A stretch of DNA of 63,394 bases, filler included, from Octopus bimaculoides (taxonomy: Eukaryota): assembly GCF_001194135.2 (NCBI RefSeq). It is 6 parts of 6 records of this genome, joined end to end, with 100 filler letters (N's around TTAATTAATTAA, not from the genome) between each part and the next. Parts side by side here need not be neighbours in the genome. Positions count along the whole stretch, not along the records: positions 1 to 30,602 come from NC_068981.1; positions 30,703 to 43,923 come from NC_068991.1; 4 more parts are not named here. One strand, written 5' to 3'. Shown piece after piece: positions 24,629 to 37,131 of the stretch (position 1 is the first letter of the stretch; every line of letters begins with the position of its first letter). The notes under the pieces are model-generated. The model was not told the DNA's origin. It saw nothing but the letters and a program-made list of their open reading frames with translations, and did not search any database. The translations under genes were made by a program, and so were the position numbers.

Positions 24629-25566
24629 CTATTGTATTTTAGGTGTTTAATTTAATTTTATTAAATTTTTATGAATTTTTTAAAATTTTATAATTTTCGA
24701 ATTTTTAAAATCTTTTAAATTTTGTAAAAATATATTGAGAAGTTATATATATANNNNNNNNNNNNNNNNNNNNNNNNNNNNNNNNNNNNNNNNNNNNNNN
24801 NNNNNNNNNNNNNNNNNNNNNNNNNNNNNNNNNNNNNNNNNNNNNNNNNNNNNNNNNNNNNNNNNNNNNNNNNNNNNNNNNNNNNNNNNNNNNNNNNNNN
24901 NNNNNNNNNNNNNNNNNNNNNNNNNNNNNNNNNNNNNNNNNNNNNNNNNNNNNNNNNNNNNNNNNNNNNNNNNNNNNNNNNNNNNNNNNNNNNNNNNNNN
25001 NNNNNNNNNNNNNNNNNNNNNNNNNNNNNNNNNNNNNNNNNNNNNNNNNNNNNNNNNNNNNNNNNNNNNNNNNNNNNNNNNNNNNNNNNNNNNNNNNNNN
25101 NNNNNNNNNNNNNNNNNNNNNNNNNNNNNNNNNNNNNNNNNNNNNNNNNNNNNNNNNNNNNNNNNNNNNNNNNNNNNNNNNNNNNNNNNNNNNNNNNNNN
25201 NNNNNNNNNNNNNNNNNNNNNNNNNNNNNNNNNNNNNNNNNNNNNNNNNNNNNNNNNNNNNNNNNNNNNNNNNNNNNNNNNNNNNNNNNNNNNNNNNNNN
25301 NNNNNNNNNNNNNNNNNNNNNNNNNNNNNNNNNNNNNNNNNNNNNNNNNNNNNNNNNNNNNNNNNNNNNNNNNNNNNNNNNNNNNNNNNNNNNNNNNNNN
25401 NNNNNNNNNNNNNNNNNNNNNNNNNNNNNNNNNNNNNNNNNNNNNNNNNNNNNNNNNNNNNNNNNNNNNNNNNNNNNNNNNNNNNNNNNNNNNNNNNNNN
25501 NNNNNNNNNNNNNNNNNNNNNNNNNNNNNNNNNNNNNNNNNNNNNNNNNNNNACAAGTAAATTTAT

Positions 25567-25745
25567 TCAATAAAACGTCATTGGCTTCAACCACGGCCTC
25601 CAGACGACTTCGGAATCTCCTACAACTCTTCTGGACGGTCTCTTTGTTTAAGTTGGTGAATGCTGCCATAATGCTTGCCTTCAGTTCATCTTTGGTGTTA
25701 CAAGGAGTTTTGTTGGTCACACGCCGTGGATAGTAAGTCCATGGT
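25567..25745 (-). mobile_element. Tc1/mariner transposase C-terminal fragment (DD37D/maT-like)
   Basis: TNKTPCNTKDELKASIMAAFTNLNKETVQKSCRRFRSRLEAVVEAN, a typical IS630-Tc1-mariner C-terminus; subfamily is inference. Confidence 0.75.
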
Positions 25746-25833
25746 TTCGATTCCTGGCGGTGCATTGTGTCCTTCAGCAAGACTCTTTATTTCTAATTGT
25801 CCCAACTACTTAGCTCCCAATTACGAGCTGGAA

Positions 25834-25955
25834 CTGTAATTCGATGCGTCAGTCTTGTCACAGTGTGTCACGCTGAATAGCCCTGTGAACTCCGTGAAGC
25901 ATACGCGTATCTATGGAGCGGTCAGTCACTTTCGCATTAATTTCACGAGTAGACT
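25834..25955 (+). mobile_element. Degraded SINE family C body
   Basis: CTTGTCACAGTGTGTCACGCTGAAT...TTAATTTCACGAG, homologous to 47900-48050. Confidence 0.6.
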
Positions 25956-26317
25956 CTCAGACTGTTCCGTAAAGGGAATCACTTGAACACACACTGTCGT
26001 AATCGACGGAAAACCTGGCCTAATTATGTATATGCTGATTTTGTCGATTGCGCCTTCTTGTTAGAAAAGTGCCATCTGTTCAGTGAACTCTGCACGATCA
26101 TATGCACACAGACTACTCTTCGGTTCAACTTTCAATTTGCTATCCCGTTCTCAACGGCCGAGTCTCCTGACATCAACGGCCGAGTGAGATCTCATGTATT
26201 TTACCATGCTTAATCAGGCCACCAGCATGGCCATAGGCTTAGGGCTGAAATATATAAAAGAATACCGCTAACTCCAAAAGTCTGTTTTTATTCGCTCTCT
26301 GTTTATTTCATCGTGTT

Positions 26318-26355
26318 TCTTTCTGTTGAAGAGCGTAGGCTCGAAAAGTAAAAGA
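26318..26355 (+). ncRNA. Hammerhead-like motif with variant core
   Basis: TCTTT-CTGTTGA-A-GAGC(GTAG)GCTC-GAAAAGT-A-AAAGA; 5-bp stem I, 4-bp stem II; CTGTTGA instead of CTGATGA and GAAAA instead of GAAAC. Confidence 0.5.
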
Positions 26356-27064
26356 CTTTCTCAACTTCCCGAGCGTCAAACCAATACACCTGCTTGTTTT
26401 TTTATACACCTGTCTTCGTCCTTTGTTTATCTGTAAATGTCAACTACACACACACATACGAATAGATTCATACAAAGCATATGTGTATCTATATACACAT
26501 ACTTATATATGCATGTGTGTGTGTGTGTGTGTGTGTGTAGTTATAAAGCATGTAAATAAGATGTGACATAAAGTTGCCGGTTAGATGAAAGGCAACTAGT
26601 AAAGAAAGCATGTAAGTGATAAAAGAAACCATGAAAAATGGGCAAATTAAACTGAAGTTAGATATAAGAGATAAAATGGGTGATATAGAAATGGAGCTGC
26701 TTTCGTATGTTTTATTACCTTTGGTAAGTGTTTTCATTTATATTGCCGTCTACTAAAATGTATATTGTTGTCTACGACGTTTCTCATATGGAGCGTGGGG
26801 TTAGATGCTTTCCCATTACATCTTTTAACGGGTTGTACTGGTCTACGTTTATGTATGGAGTCGACCTTGTAAATTATAAATATTGTTCCATTTAAATTGA
26901 CATCAAATGTAGAATTGAGTATACACAGCTATCTTCTTCCTTTACGTGGTACCCAGGACAAATATCTTGTACTACTACCGCGAGCCGATTAATCCCCCAC
27001 AGGGAATTTGGTAAACTGAAGTTTTGCAGAAGTTTGTCGTATGTGTGTATGTGTGACTGAGTGA

Positions 27065-27600
27065 TGCAGGCATGAGTGTGAGGCGCAGGCATGGCTACGC
27101 GGCGCAAGCATGGCCGTGTGGTGCAGGCGTACATGTGGGAAGCTTGCTTCCCAAACACATGGTTCCGGGCTGCGTCCCACTGCGCGGCGACTTGAGCAAG
27201 TGTCTTCTACTATAGGCTCGCGCCGACCAAAACTTTGTGAGGGAATCTGGTAGACGGAAACTGAAAGAAACTCGTCGTATATATAAATATATATGTGTGT
27301 GCGTGCGTGTGTGTGTATGTAATGTATGTGTGTGTTCGTGTGTGCGCATGTTTATGAGCGTGTGTGTGTGTGTTTGTGTGTGTGTGTCTTTGTGTCTGTC
27401 TTTCTTCTCTATTAGCGCTTGACAACGGATATTGGTGCGTTTATGTCCCCGTAACGTAGCGGTTCGGCAAAAGAAACAATAGAATAAGTACCAGGCTTAA
27501 CAAAAGCAATATCCTGCAGTTGATTGTTTCGACTAAAACCTTTCAAGGTGGAGCTACATCATGGCCACAGCTAAGTGACTGAAGCAAATTAAAGCATAAA
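27065..27600 (+). mobile_element. SINE family B, full length with internal microsatellite and stuttered 5' end
   Basis: Four GCAGGCATGG-like starts (27065-27135), head, TA/TG tract 27278-27390, tail to AAAGCATAAA. Confidence 0.85.
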
Positions 27601-27610
27601 TCAATAGATC

Positions 27611-27681
<71 letters not shown>

Positions 27682-27724
27682 TGTATGTGCGTGAGTGTAT
27701 ATATATATATAAATATATATATAT

Positions 27725-27765
<41 letters not shown>

Positions 27766-28246
27766 CACAAACACATATATATAATGTGTGTGAGTGTGTA
27801 CGTTTCTATGTCTTCGTCTTTGTGTTTCCGTTTGTTCTCCTTTACCAACTGGGGTTTGGTTTGTTGCCGTCTCCATAACTTAGCGGTTCGGTAAACAAGA
27901 AGTATTGGGGGGGCGATTCGTTCGACTAAAACCTTCAAAGCTCTGCCTCAGCATGACTGCAGTTTAATAGCTAGAAACAGTTAAATGCTGAAAGATAACC
28001 CATTAATAAGACATTTCCTACCTTTCGTATTTGTTTATCATGAACTTTGTTACTAAACAAGATTAAGACCTGTATATATTTAATTTCGGAGTACAGTTTA
28101 ATACATACACATGTTACATGTACACAGATGCACACATGCCCCCCCCNNNNNNNNNNNNNGACTTAATCCGTTTAACTGCCCTTGTTTGTCCCCTTTGTGT
28201 GTAGCCCCTTGTGGGTAGTAAAGAAATAAATCTCATACACACAGCT

Positions 28247-28475
28247 GCGAGCTGGCAGAAATGTTAGCACGCCTGGCGAAATGCTTAGCGGTATTTCGTC
28301 TGCCGCTACGTTCTGAGATCAAATACCAACCGAGGTCGACTTTGCCTTTCATCCTTTCGGTGTCGATAAAATAAGTACCAGTTACGCACTGGAGTCGATG
28401 TAATCGACTTAATCCGTTTAACTGCCCTTGTTTGTCCCCTTTGTGTGTAGCCCCTTGTGGGTAGTAAAGAAATAA
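28247..28475 (+). mobile_element. SINE family A, full length
   Basis: GCGAGCTGGCAGAAATGTTAGCACGCC...GAGGTCGACTTTGCCTTTCATCCTTTCGG...TAGTAAAGAAATAA. Confidence 0.9.
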
Positions 28476-28648
28476 ATCTCATACACACAGCTACAAATAT
28501 ATTTCATATTTATGCATGTAGCACGAGGATAATGACGCTAGTAAAACTGTTCTGAAAATGAATAAAACAGGTAGTCTTCCCAGAATCAATTTTAAGCGAT
28601 AGATATATCCACTCTTAATTTATGTATTGAGTTCAATTCTAGTTGCCC

Positions 28649-28761
28649 CCAGAACAAAATTACAACCAGAAAAAAATTACAACGAGAAAAAAATTACAAC
28701 CAGAAAAAAATTACAACCAGAAAAAAATTACAACCAGAAAAAAATTACAACCAGAAAAAAA
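28649..28761. repeat. 17-bp minisatellite CCAGAAAAAAATTACAA (6+ copies, runs into a gap)
   Basis: Units at 28649, 28666, 28683, 28700, 28717, 28734, partial 28751. Confidence 0.95.
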
Positions 28762-29008
28762 NNNNNNNNNNTACAATAATTTTATATATGTATGTGTTTG
28801 CCTTGTGTTTATGTGGGTATTTGTGTTTTATGTGTGTGTTTGCGCGCGTGCTTTTGTGCATGTATGCATGCACATATTTTTAATAATGTGAAACGGATAT
28901 ATAACATACAATAAGTATTCTCAAATTTTATTCTAACAAACACACACACACTCACGCACACACAAACATACATGCATAAATACATACATACATACATACA
29001 TACATACA

Positions 29009-29039
<31 letters not shown>

Positions 29040-29042
29040 GCG

Positions 29043-29939
29043 GGGACAACTGATGAAAGGATTGTTCTTTATGTTGCTTGTCTCGTTTCTCTATTTGTTT
29101 CTTTCGTTGTTCTAAAAGAAAGTTCGTTTTCCATGATTTTGCTTTTTAGGATCCTCGTTTTTCATTTTGTTCACGTTTTCTTTGACGTCCTGTATCCATA
29201 TATGCATGTATGTATATATGCATATATATACATACATATATATATATATATATATANNNNNNNNNNNNNNNNNNNNNNNNNNNNNNNNNNNNNNNNNNNN
29301 NNNNNNNNNNNNNNNNNNNNNNNNNNNNNNNNNNNNNNNNNNNNNNNNNNNNNNNNNNNNNNNNNNNNNNNNNNNNNNNNNNNNNNNNNNNNNNNNNNNN
29401 NNNNNNNNNNNNNNNNNNNNNNNNNNNNNNNNNNNNNNNNNNNNNNNNNNNNNNNNNNNNNNNNNNNNNNNNNNNNNNNNNNNNNNNNNNNNNNNNNNNN
29501 NNNNNNNNNNNNNNNNNNNNNNNNNNNNNNNNNNNNNNNNNNNNNNNNNNNNNNNNNNNNNNNNNNNNNNNNNNNNNNNNNNNNNNNNNNNNNNNNNNNN
29601 NNNNNNNNNNNNNNNNNNNNNNNNNNNNNNNNNNNNNNNNNNNNNNNNNNNNNNNNNNNNNNNNNNNNNNNNNNNNNNNNNNNNNNNNNNNNNNNNNNNN
29701 NNNNNNNNNNNNNNNNNNNNNNNNNNNNNNNNNNNNNNNNNTATATGTACATACCTACATCTATATGTATACATACATGCATATATGGGTACAGGACATC
29801 ACAAAAAACATTAAACACAATGAGAAACGCAAACATAAAGACGAAGACAGAAAACAAACTTTTTTTCGAACAACGAAAAAAAACAAACAGAGAAACGAGA
29901 CATGCAACAGAAAGAATATTTCCCTTCTTCAGTTGTCCC
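29043..29939. repeat. Two diverged ~170-bp copies of a repeat in inverted orientation around a (TA)n tract and gap
   Basis: GGGACAACTGATGAAAGG...GACGTCCTGTATCCATATATGCATGTATGTATA (29043-29216) vs the reverse complement at 29768-29939. Confidence 0.85.
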
Positions 29940-30409
29940 GGTTCCATCTACTCCGCGTTTAAATATATATTATTTATATTATTATATGATCGAACGCCAC
30001 GCATCCATTTCCAAGTAAGTTTTATCTTAATAATTTTGATGCGCACTCTACAAATATCTCTATTCTCCCTTTATTCCGCTATTGTTATTCTTTCTTTCTG
30101 TTTTTCTTCTCCTCCCCACTTCACCGTTCTCTTTCTCTCCCTCTCCCTCTCCCTCTCTCTCTCCCTCATTATTCCTCCTTGACTCTCTCATTGCTCATAC
30201 ATGACCAGCGGCTATCGTTCTTTCTTCCTCCTACTCTTGCCTGTCTTCTGTCATAGCTCCTTTCTCCAGCGTTCACCACATTACCTCGTTATGGCTTAAC
30301 AGCCCTTATCATTTGTTTTTACTGTTTTGTTCTTACTGTCCTGTATTTGTTACCACTTTAACCCTCTGCAAAACCCTAAATTTTATTTAATTTGCATTTG
30401 GGGGAACGA

Positions 30410-30562
30410 TTGCTGGTGTATTTACTTTCCTGTATCTTAGCGGTTCGGCAAAAGTGACCGATATAATAAGTATTAGACTTACAAAGAATAAGTCCCGGGG
30501 TCGATTTGCTCAACTAAAGGCGGTGCTCCAGCATGTCAACTAATTGAAACAAGTGAAAGATT
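30410..30562 (+). mobile_element. SINE family B tail
   Basis: CTTAGCGGTTCGGCAAAAGTGACCGAT...AAAGGCGGTGCTCCAGCATG. Confidence 0.8.
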
Positions 30563-30571
30563 AGAAACGTG

Positions 30572-30602
<31 letters not shown>

Positions 30603-31965
30603 NNNNNNNNNNNNNNNNNNNNNNNNNNNNNNNNNNNNNNNNNNNNTTAATTAATTAANNNNNNNNNNNNNNNNNNNNNNNNNNNNNNNNNNNNNNNNNN
30701 NNACTCCTGTCTGTCATTTTCTTCTACTTTCTCTTCTATGTTTGCCTCCCCCTCATTTTTTTTTACTCCTCCCCTTCCTTTTTATTCTCATTCACTATTC
30801 ACTTATTCTCTTCTTTTAGTTGTTCGCAATCGAACCGTAATTTTTGGTTTGAATATTTCCTGCAAGATTTTCCCCACATTTAGGATCTGTGTTTGAGCTG
30901 TATATGTGTGTATACGTGAGCGTGTGTAAATTGATAGACACATAAAACTATTAACTAATTAATTAAGTGAGAAGGAACCACGCCACTCTTGTGGGTTACA
31001 GAGGTGAATATTTGATTGCAACACTCTAGTTCTTTCGAAGAATATTGAAATATTATTCTATAAATGACGTCTATGCTCCGAAACAATTCACTACAACTGA
31101 TACCTATTGCCTATTTATTGTTATGAACAAATAACAAATATTTTCTTAAGATAAATAACAGCGATAGGCCTTCAGCTGTTTTGAACTCAAAACCCATGAA
31201 TTCATATCTCAGTCTCCTAATCAAATCCGCTATTTTGCCTTTTAATGTAATATCTTCGTTATACATTATAAGAGTCCATTGATCTTTCGCTTATTTTCGT
31301 TGAATTTGATTCACTGACTTTGAGAAATAGATAAATCTTCTCTTGAATAAAGCGACACTTTATTGAATATTTCCAGACGGTACCCTGCAAAGGATATCAG
31401 CAAAGGAGTGCAATGAACTTTCAGAAATCTAATTTAAGGCTTTAAAAATTAATTCTTGAGCGTCTTGGAAACCATGCTGTTAATCGTTATTAATAATGTA
31501 ACTCTTAAATACGATCAGTTAAACGAGGTAATAATACAAACAAAAACATTCTCTGCAAAGATCACCATAATTCTTACATGTCATACAAATTACTCCAGTA
31601 TTTTTTTGCTTGTTTTACTTTCTTCAATCAGCCATAATTTCAAAAAGATTCAGAAGCACTAATCTGTTTGCTTAAATTTCTATTATTGTTGGCGAGATGT
31701 AAAAATTTGCCTTTCATCGTTCTTCAGGCGGAGTGGACAAAATTAAGAACAAGTCAAATACTTAGGTGGTCTTAATTGACCGTACCCTACATCGAAATAG
31801 GCGAATATCTGAAATTAACAGATACCACACTGCAATCGGTAATTGGTAAGCAAGCAGACACCACTTAATATAAAAGGCCCTTCCTATGGATTAATCTTCA
31901 ACTTATTTGAACGCAAGAATCATATATAAGCAATCAAAACATCTATTTAATTTACTTCTACAGAC

Positions 31966-32545
31966 ATGGCTGTTTGATTTAGAACTTCACGTTGTAACTT
32001 TATCTTCTTTATCTTTATAAGTCTACCCTTCGTCCCTACATTGAGCACTGTTGTCATATATAGGCAGGTGCCTCTGCGAATTGCTTAACTCTGCTGGACC
32101 GTTTTCAACGCCGTATTTGTAATGTTATTGGTCTTGATCTATCTTCTAAATTGGATTCACTCTCTCATCGTTGTCGTGTGGCTTTCTTGTCTCTTTTCTA
32201 TAAGTATTTTCATGGACATTGTTCAGCTGAGCTCTCTTCTCTGGTTCCTCCTTAAAGAACTTATCAGTGATCAACTAGACATGCATCCAGTTCTCATCAG
32301 TATATTGTGCAACCTTCTAAGTGTCGTAAAGCACTTTACATAACCAGTTTCTTCCCTCGCACCTCTAAAATTTGGAAATCCCTTCAACAGTCTTGTTTTC
32401 CTCTTCAATATGACCTCCAGTCTTTTAAGTCTAATGTACATCGTCACCTATTGACTTCTGTCCAGTGTCTATTTTATTCTAATAGCTCTTACATTTTCAG
32501 TGGTCTAAGGACCTTGTAACGAGCGAATGCTTTAGAAAAAAAAAA
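31966..32545 (+). mobile_element. CR1-group LINE, 5'-truncated 3' end with A tail
   Basis: LYKSTLRPYIEHCCHI*AGAS...LSLFYKYFHGHCSAELSSLVPP...SFFPRTSKIWKSL...YDLQSFKSNVHRHL; A10 at 32536-32545. Confidence 0.88.
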
Positions 32546-32814
32546 CTGTTGTTCTGGGTTCGATCTGACTACATAACATCTTGCACAAATGCGACACTTA
32601 TTCAGTTGAGTGCAAATTTGCTAACTTTTGTTCATCTTGGCTTACAAATAAACCTGTAAACGACTGAAGGAACCAACTCCAATGAGTGGAAACCCTAAAT
32701 ATCGGTCATGAGATCTTGACTGTAAATATTAGTGCACTAGCTATCAGATATGGAGTATTCTTTCCTTAATCTGTCACCACTAACGTGTACACACACACAC
32801 ACACACACACACAT

Positions 32815-32921
<107 letters not shown>

Positions 32922-33185
32922 GTATTCATGTATACACACATGTATGCCTATATACATGTGTGTGTGTGTCTATATACAGGGGATTAGATAAAGTGGGTAA
33001 TTAAAATTGAACATTTCTATCAATATGCAAGATATACACTTGAAATTATATGAATATAGACATCAACATAGGCACCGCTAAAATTCCACAACATTCTTTA
33101 ATCTTTCATGATATTCCAACAAAATTTTCAGACACATCTGTGATTAAAATAAAAAGCAACCATAATATGCAATATGATTCTAGCA

Positions 33186-33397
33186 GGGCGACTAGCTAGC
33201 AGAATGGTTAGCTCACCGGGCAAAATGCTTAGCAGCATTTTGTCCGGCTTCACATTCTGACTTCAAATTTTTCAGAAGTCAACTTTGCCTTTCATCACGT
33301 TTGAGGTCGATAAATAAGCACCAGTTGAGCACTAGGGTCGACGTAATAGACTTACCCCTCGCCTCAAATTGCTGGCCTTGTACCAAAATTTGAAATC
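33186..33397 (+). mobile_element. SINE family A
   Basis: GGCGACTAGCTAGCAGAATGG...GTCAACTTTGCCTTTCATCACG...GGTCGATAAATAAGCACCAG. Confidence 0.8.
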
Positions 33398-34457
33398 ACC
33401 ACATGCTTCTAGGATGTGTGCAACGCATCATTGATTTGATACTCTCTAGAAGAGATCAAAGGCAGAAAGATTTAAGGCCCTGGCATTTGTACGTCTTTTC
33501 GACCCATTAGTGTTTCTGAAAAGTTTTTATCCAAACACATGTCAGCTGCGACTGCCTAATGTTTCTGCACATTGTTTTCTTCAAGAACAACGCTGCTGGG
33601 ACTTACAGCATAGGCTATTCTTTCAGCATATTAAAATAGCGTTAGGGAAATAAGTATTTGTTAAAAACGGTCTAGTAATTCTTTTAGAATTTATATATTC
33701 TATGTAATTTGGAAATTTCTTATAAAGTACATAAATTACACAATAATAAAAATATATTTCCCTAACATACATATATACAAACATACACATCACAAAACAG
33801 GTGATTTAGTTGAGAATTTTCTAGTTAAGTCTTTTATGAATAATGATGTCCGTAATATAACGAAACACTTTAAATGTAGTTTTTGGTCCAAATCTTCAGT
33901 GATTGCTTTAACACATGCAGGTTACCTATAAGATTATAATGGACTTCGGACATTGTTACGTGTTATGGTATCACGTAAGTAGACATGATACAACCTGAAG
34001 TTTATTTTTGCATTATTACTTTGAAAGGACCAAATTAGCTCCCACATCTTATCCTTTACTCTGAGTGCGACCCATCTCTATAACTGACCCAGTTGTTGAA
34101 GGTTTGATTATACGATGCTACTCTGGTATACTTTTGATATCGTTCTGTCTACGGCGATAACCAAATATCATATTGCATTATTTTCTGTCTAAAATGATCG
34201 GTTAGTTACATACATTCCTTAGGTTCTATTAACGTGTAAACAGGAGTTAACTGTGTTTCATGAGACATAGTTATATTGGGAGCAGATCTTATGCACCCAG
34301 TACAGTTCTCCCTGATTGAGTACGAAAGAATTCGATAGTCTGAAGATTCTCATTTACTATAGAAAAATTGAGAGTTTTATTTATTTATTTATTTATGTGT
34401 TTCAGCCAAGTGGCTGCGGTCATGCTGGTGTATATATATTTTCTCTTTTGCTTACAG

Positions 34458-34513
34458 GTTTTGCATTTGAAGCAGCAATACGTGCGATTAAGTTCCGTAT
34501 AAACTGGGTTTGA
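34458..34513 (+). CDS. Candidate terminal coding exon of an unidentified gene (xFAFEAAIRAIKFRINWV*)
   Basis: Polypyrimidine acceptor TTTTCTCTTTTGCTTACAG and a short open frame to TGA; no homology recognised. Confidence 0.2.
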
Positions 34514-34603
34514 TGCTCCATTTCTAGTAAGATTTTTCCTTAGCTCTTTAATATTCTTAGGGAAATTGTGAAATGTCGCGACATCATTGCTTTTTCTACT
34601 CAC

Positions 34604-34644
34604 CTCATATTGTTTTACATAACTGAACATCCATTGATGGATAC
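34604..34644 (-). CDS. Candidate 41-nt internal exon (xIHQWMFSYVKQYE)
   Basis: Minus strand: CTGAC branch-like motif, CTTTCGCGACCATAG acceptor, GAG|GTGAGT donor; one open frame. Confidence 0.2.
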
Positions 34645-34846
34645 CTATGGTCGCGAAAGGTCAGGCAATTGACTATATTTATTGCTAGCATGAAAAAAAA
34701 TTATATATAGAAGCACTCATGCACTTACTCAAATATATGTATGTATTATGTATGCATGAGTGTGCTTCCGTGCATGCCTGTATACTTTATATGAATGTGT
34801 GTCTATATGCATATCATATATATGTGTGTGTGTGTATGTATATATG

Positions 34847-34901
<55 letters not shown>

Positions 34902-35444
34902 ATACGCATGCACACACATTAGTGTGTGTTTGCACGAGTGTGTGTCTAGGTATGTAAGACCACACGTTATCATCTCTCCCATCAGATCCTTTCTTTGCCA
35001 AGTAGTTTCTCGTAGCTTGGCATATCGATTGATGTGAAAATATTTTCCCCATTGCATGTATAGTCGCTTAGCAAGAAATCAATCTTCTAAATCTGTTGAC
35101 ATTGTAAAACTTTTCCAACGAAAATATTTGCAACAAGATATCTTTTGAAATTCTCTGCTGAATTTCTGGACAATCAATAACAAGTCCTGCAATTAGGTTC
35201 CCAGCAGATAATCGGATTGCATATAACACGTTTCTTTAAAAAAAATCTGAGCTGACATAAAACTTGCATAATAAATACATAAATGCTGCTAATCTATTGA
35301 TACAAATGCGATCTTTGTAAGTACAAATGATTAAACGAAATCGGAGAATAATTTACGAAAGTTGCTAATAGATAGATTGTTGGTCATATAAAACGTTTCC
35401 ACTAAAATATTGTTGATATGTGTGTGTGTGTGTGTTTGTGGCTG

Positions 35445-35650
35445 TGTCTGTGCCCACCACCACCACTGCTTGACAACTGATGATAGTGTGTTTACGTCCC
35501 CGTAACTTAGCAATTCAGCAAAAGAGATCCATAGAATAAGTATCTGGTTTTACAAAAAAATTAAGCATGCGGGTCGATTCATTCGACTAAAATTCTTCAA
35601 GGCAGTGCCCCAGCATGACCGCAGTCTAATGACTGAAACAAGAAAAGAAC
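35445..35650 (+). mobile_element. SINE family B tail preceded by (TG)n
   Basis: GTGTTTACGTCCCCGTAACTTAGC...GCAGTGCCCCAGCATGACCGCAGTCTAATGACTGAAACAAG. Confidence 0.85.
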
Positions 35651-36985
35651 AAAAATTTAAAACAAATAGTGAAGTATTTAACACATGAAGTGCCTCGAGG
35701 ATTGGTAATTTGTATTCTACCAGCAGCACGGCGAGCACAGCGAGCACGGCGTTGTGTTCATGCAAACGGCACTGAGCTTATGTAGCTACAAATAGGAATT
35801 ACATGGGACTATACAATTCACCTAAATTACTGATGTAATGAAAGATGGGCCCTGAATTGACGAGCGTTTCTTGAACGTACAGTACCAAGTTCAATTTCTC
35901 CTACAGGAAAGCACAAACAAAAGAAGAGCATGATACACCATGTAATTCTATTTTCCATCCACTTAAATCTACACAAGTTGCTTATTTGAAATAAAATTCT
36001 TTAGTTTGTATGGTTTCAAGTAACAGAATCACTGACTCAGTAACTTTAGTGGTTCGACAAAATATGAAAATCCAGTCAGACCTTTTATGATAAACCTTCA
36101 AACTTTTAATTAAAGTTTATTACAAATAATATGTAATCATTTATGTTGTCTCCTTGTTTGGTTTGTTTCATTTATCAGGGATAAGATCATACAGGAATAC
36201 GATTCTCTTGCATGAGTGCATAATAATAATCAAGAGTGACGCAACTTAAATGAAAGAACTCCACAACTGAAACTCTTTTATCAGAAATCGTTTACTGATG
36301 GAAATTATGGATGTGAAACTGCTAAATAAACGAGTCTAAGTCATTTCTTGGACATACCAATTTCTATGGTAGATATAGTCAACATTATGCAAAATAATGC
36401 CGCTTGCGATTATTTCGTAAACATGACATCACATATTCATAGGATTTCAAAAACTGACGTTAGGATCAAATTCAGAGGCCTAAACTTATTACGTCATAAA
36501 AGAGGTTACCATAATCTATGATGCAAAGAAAAAGTTTGTATCAGGATTTCTTTCTCAAAACAAGCATTTAATACTGTATTTATCAAGATATTCAAATACT
36601 GACAGGGAAACCTTGATGGTTATATAGTTCTGTGCTAAACGTGAGCAATGCTGCCCTTGAGGCTGATAGAATATTCTCTATGTGTACCAGTGAGAAAGAC
36701 GATGGTAGAGAGTGAAAGATAAAAGTCTATACAAATTTTAGTCCATCATTTAAAATTTTTTTTAACTGCTATACTTTGTTAACCTGCTTGCAGACATAAT
36801 AACAACAACGACAGTAACATAACAACATCAACAACAAGGGTATGTGAATAAGTAAATAAGCAAAACCAAACACATATCACCTATGCATATAAGCGATAAA
36901 CCTAAGATATTGTCAAAATTTCTGGGTATTTCTATACAGACAATCATTGCTTTGCAGTGTTAAGTAAACTCTGACTTGTGTGTGC

Positions 36986-37131
<146 letters not shown>

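Noticed and set aside
26770-26800. GAAACGTC on the minus strand with a short hairpin
   Set aside because: No CTGANGA upstream
28160-28492. Exact 87-bp duplication (28160-28246 and 28406-28492)
   Set aside because: Starts at a small gap and is identical; most likely an overlap or haplotype assembly artefact
28649-28761. CRISPR-like reading of the 17-bp and 13-bp arrays
   Set aside because: Units are contiguous or nearly so, with no unique spacers and no cas genes; eukaryotic context
30647-30658. TTAATTAATTAA islands inside N-runs (also 43968, 50429, 57940, 61838)
   Set aside because: Identical 12-mers set in N-runs (44 N on the left where counted, about 100 bp in total) with stops in all six frames: assembly spacers, not biology
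33930-35255. Minus-strand stretches that read like degraded protein (YLVIAVDRTISKVY; NVLYAIRLSAGNLIAG)
   Set aside because: Several stops and no family assignable by eye
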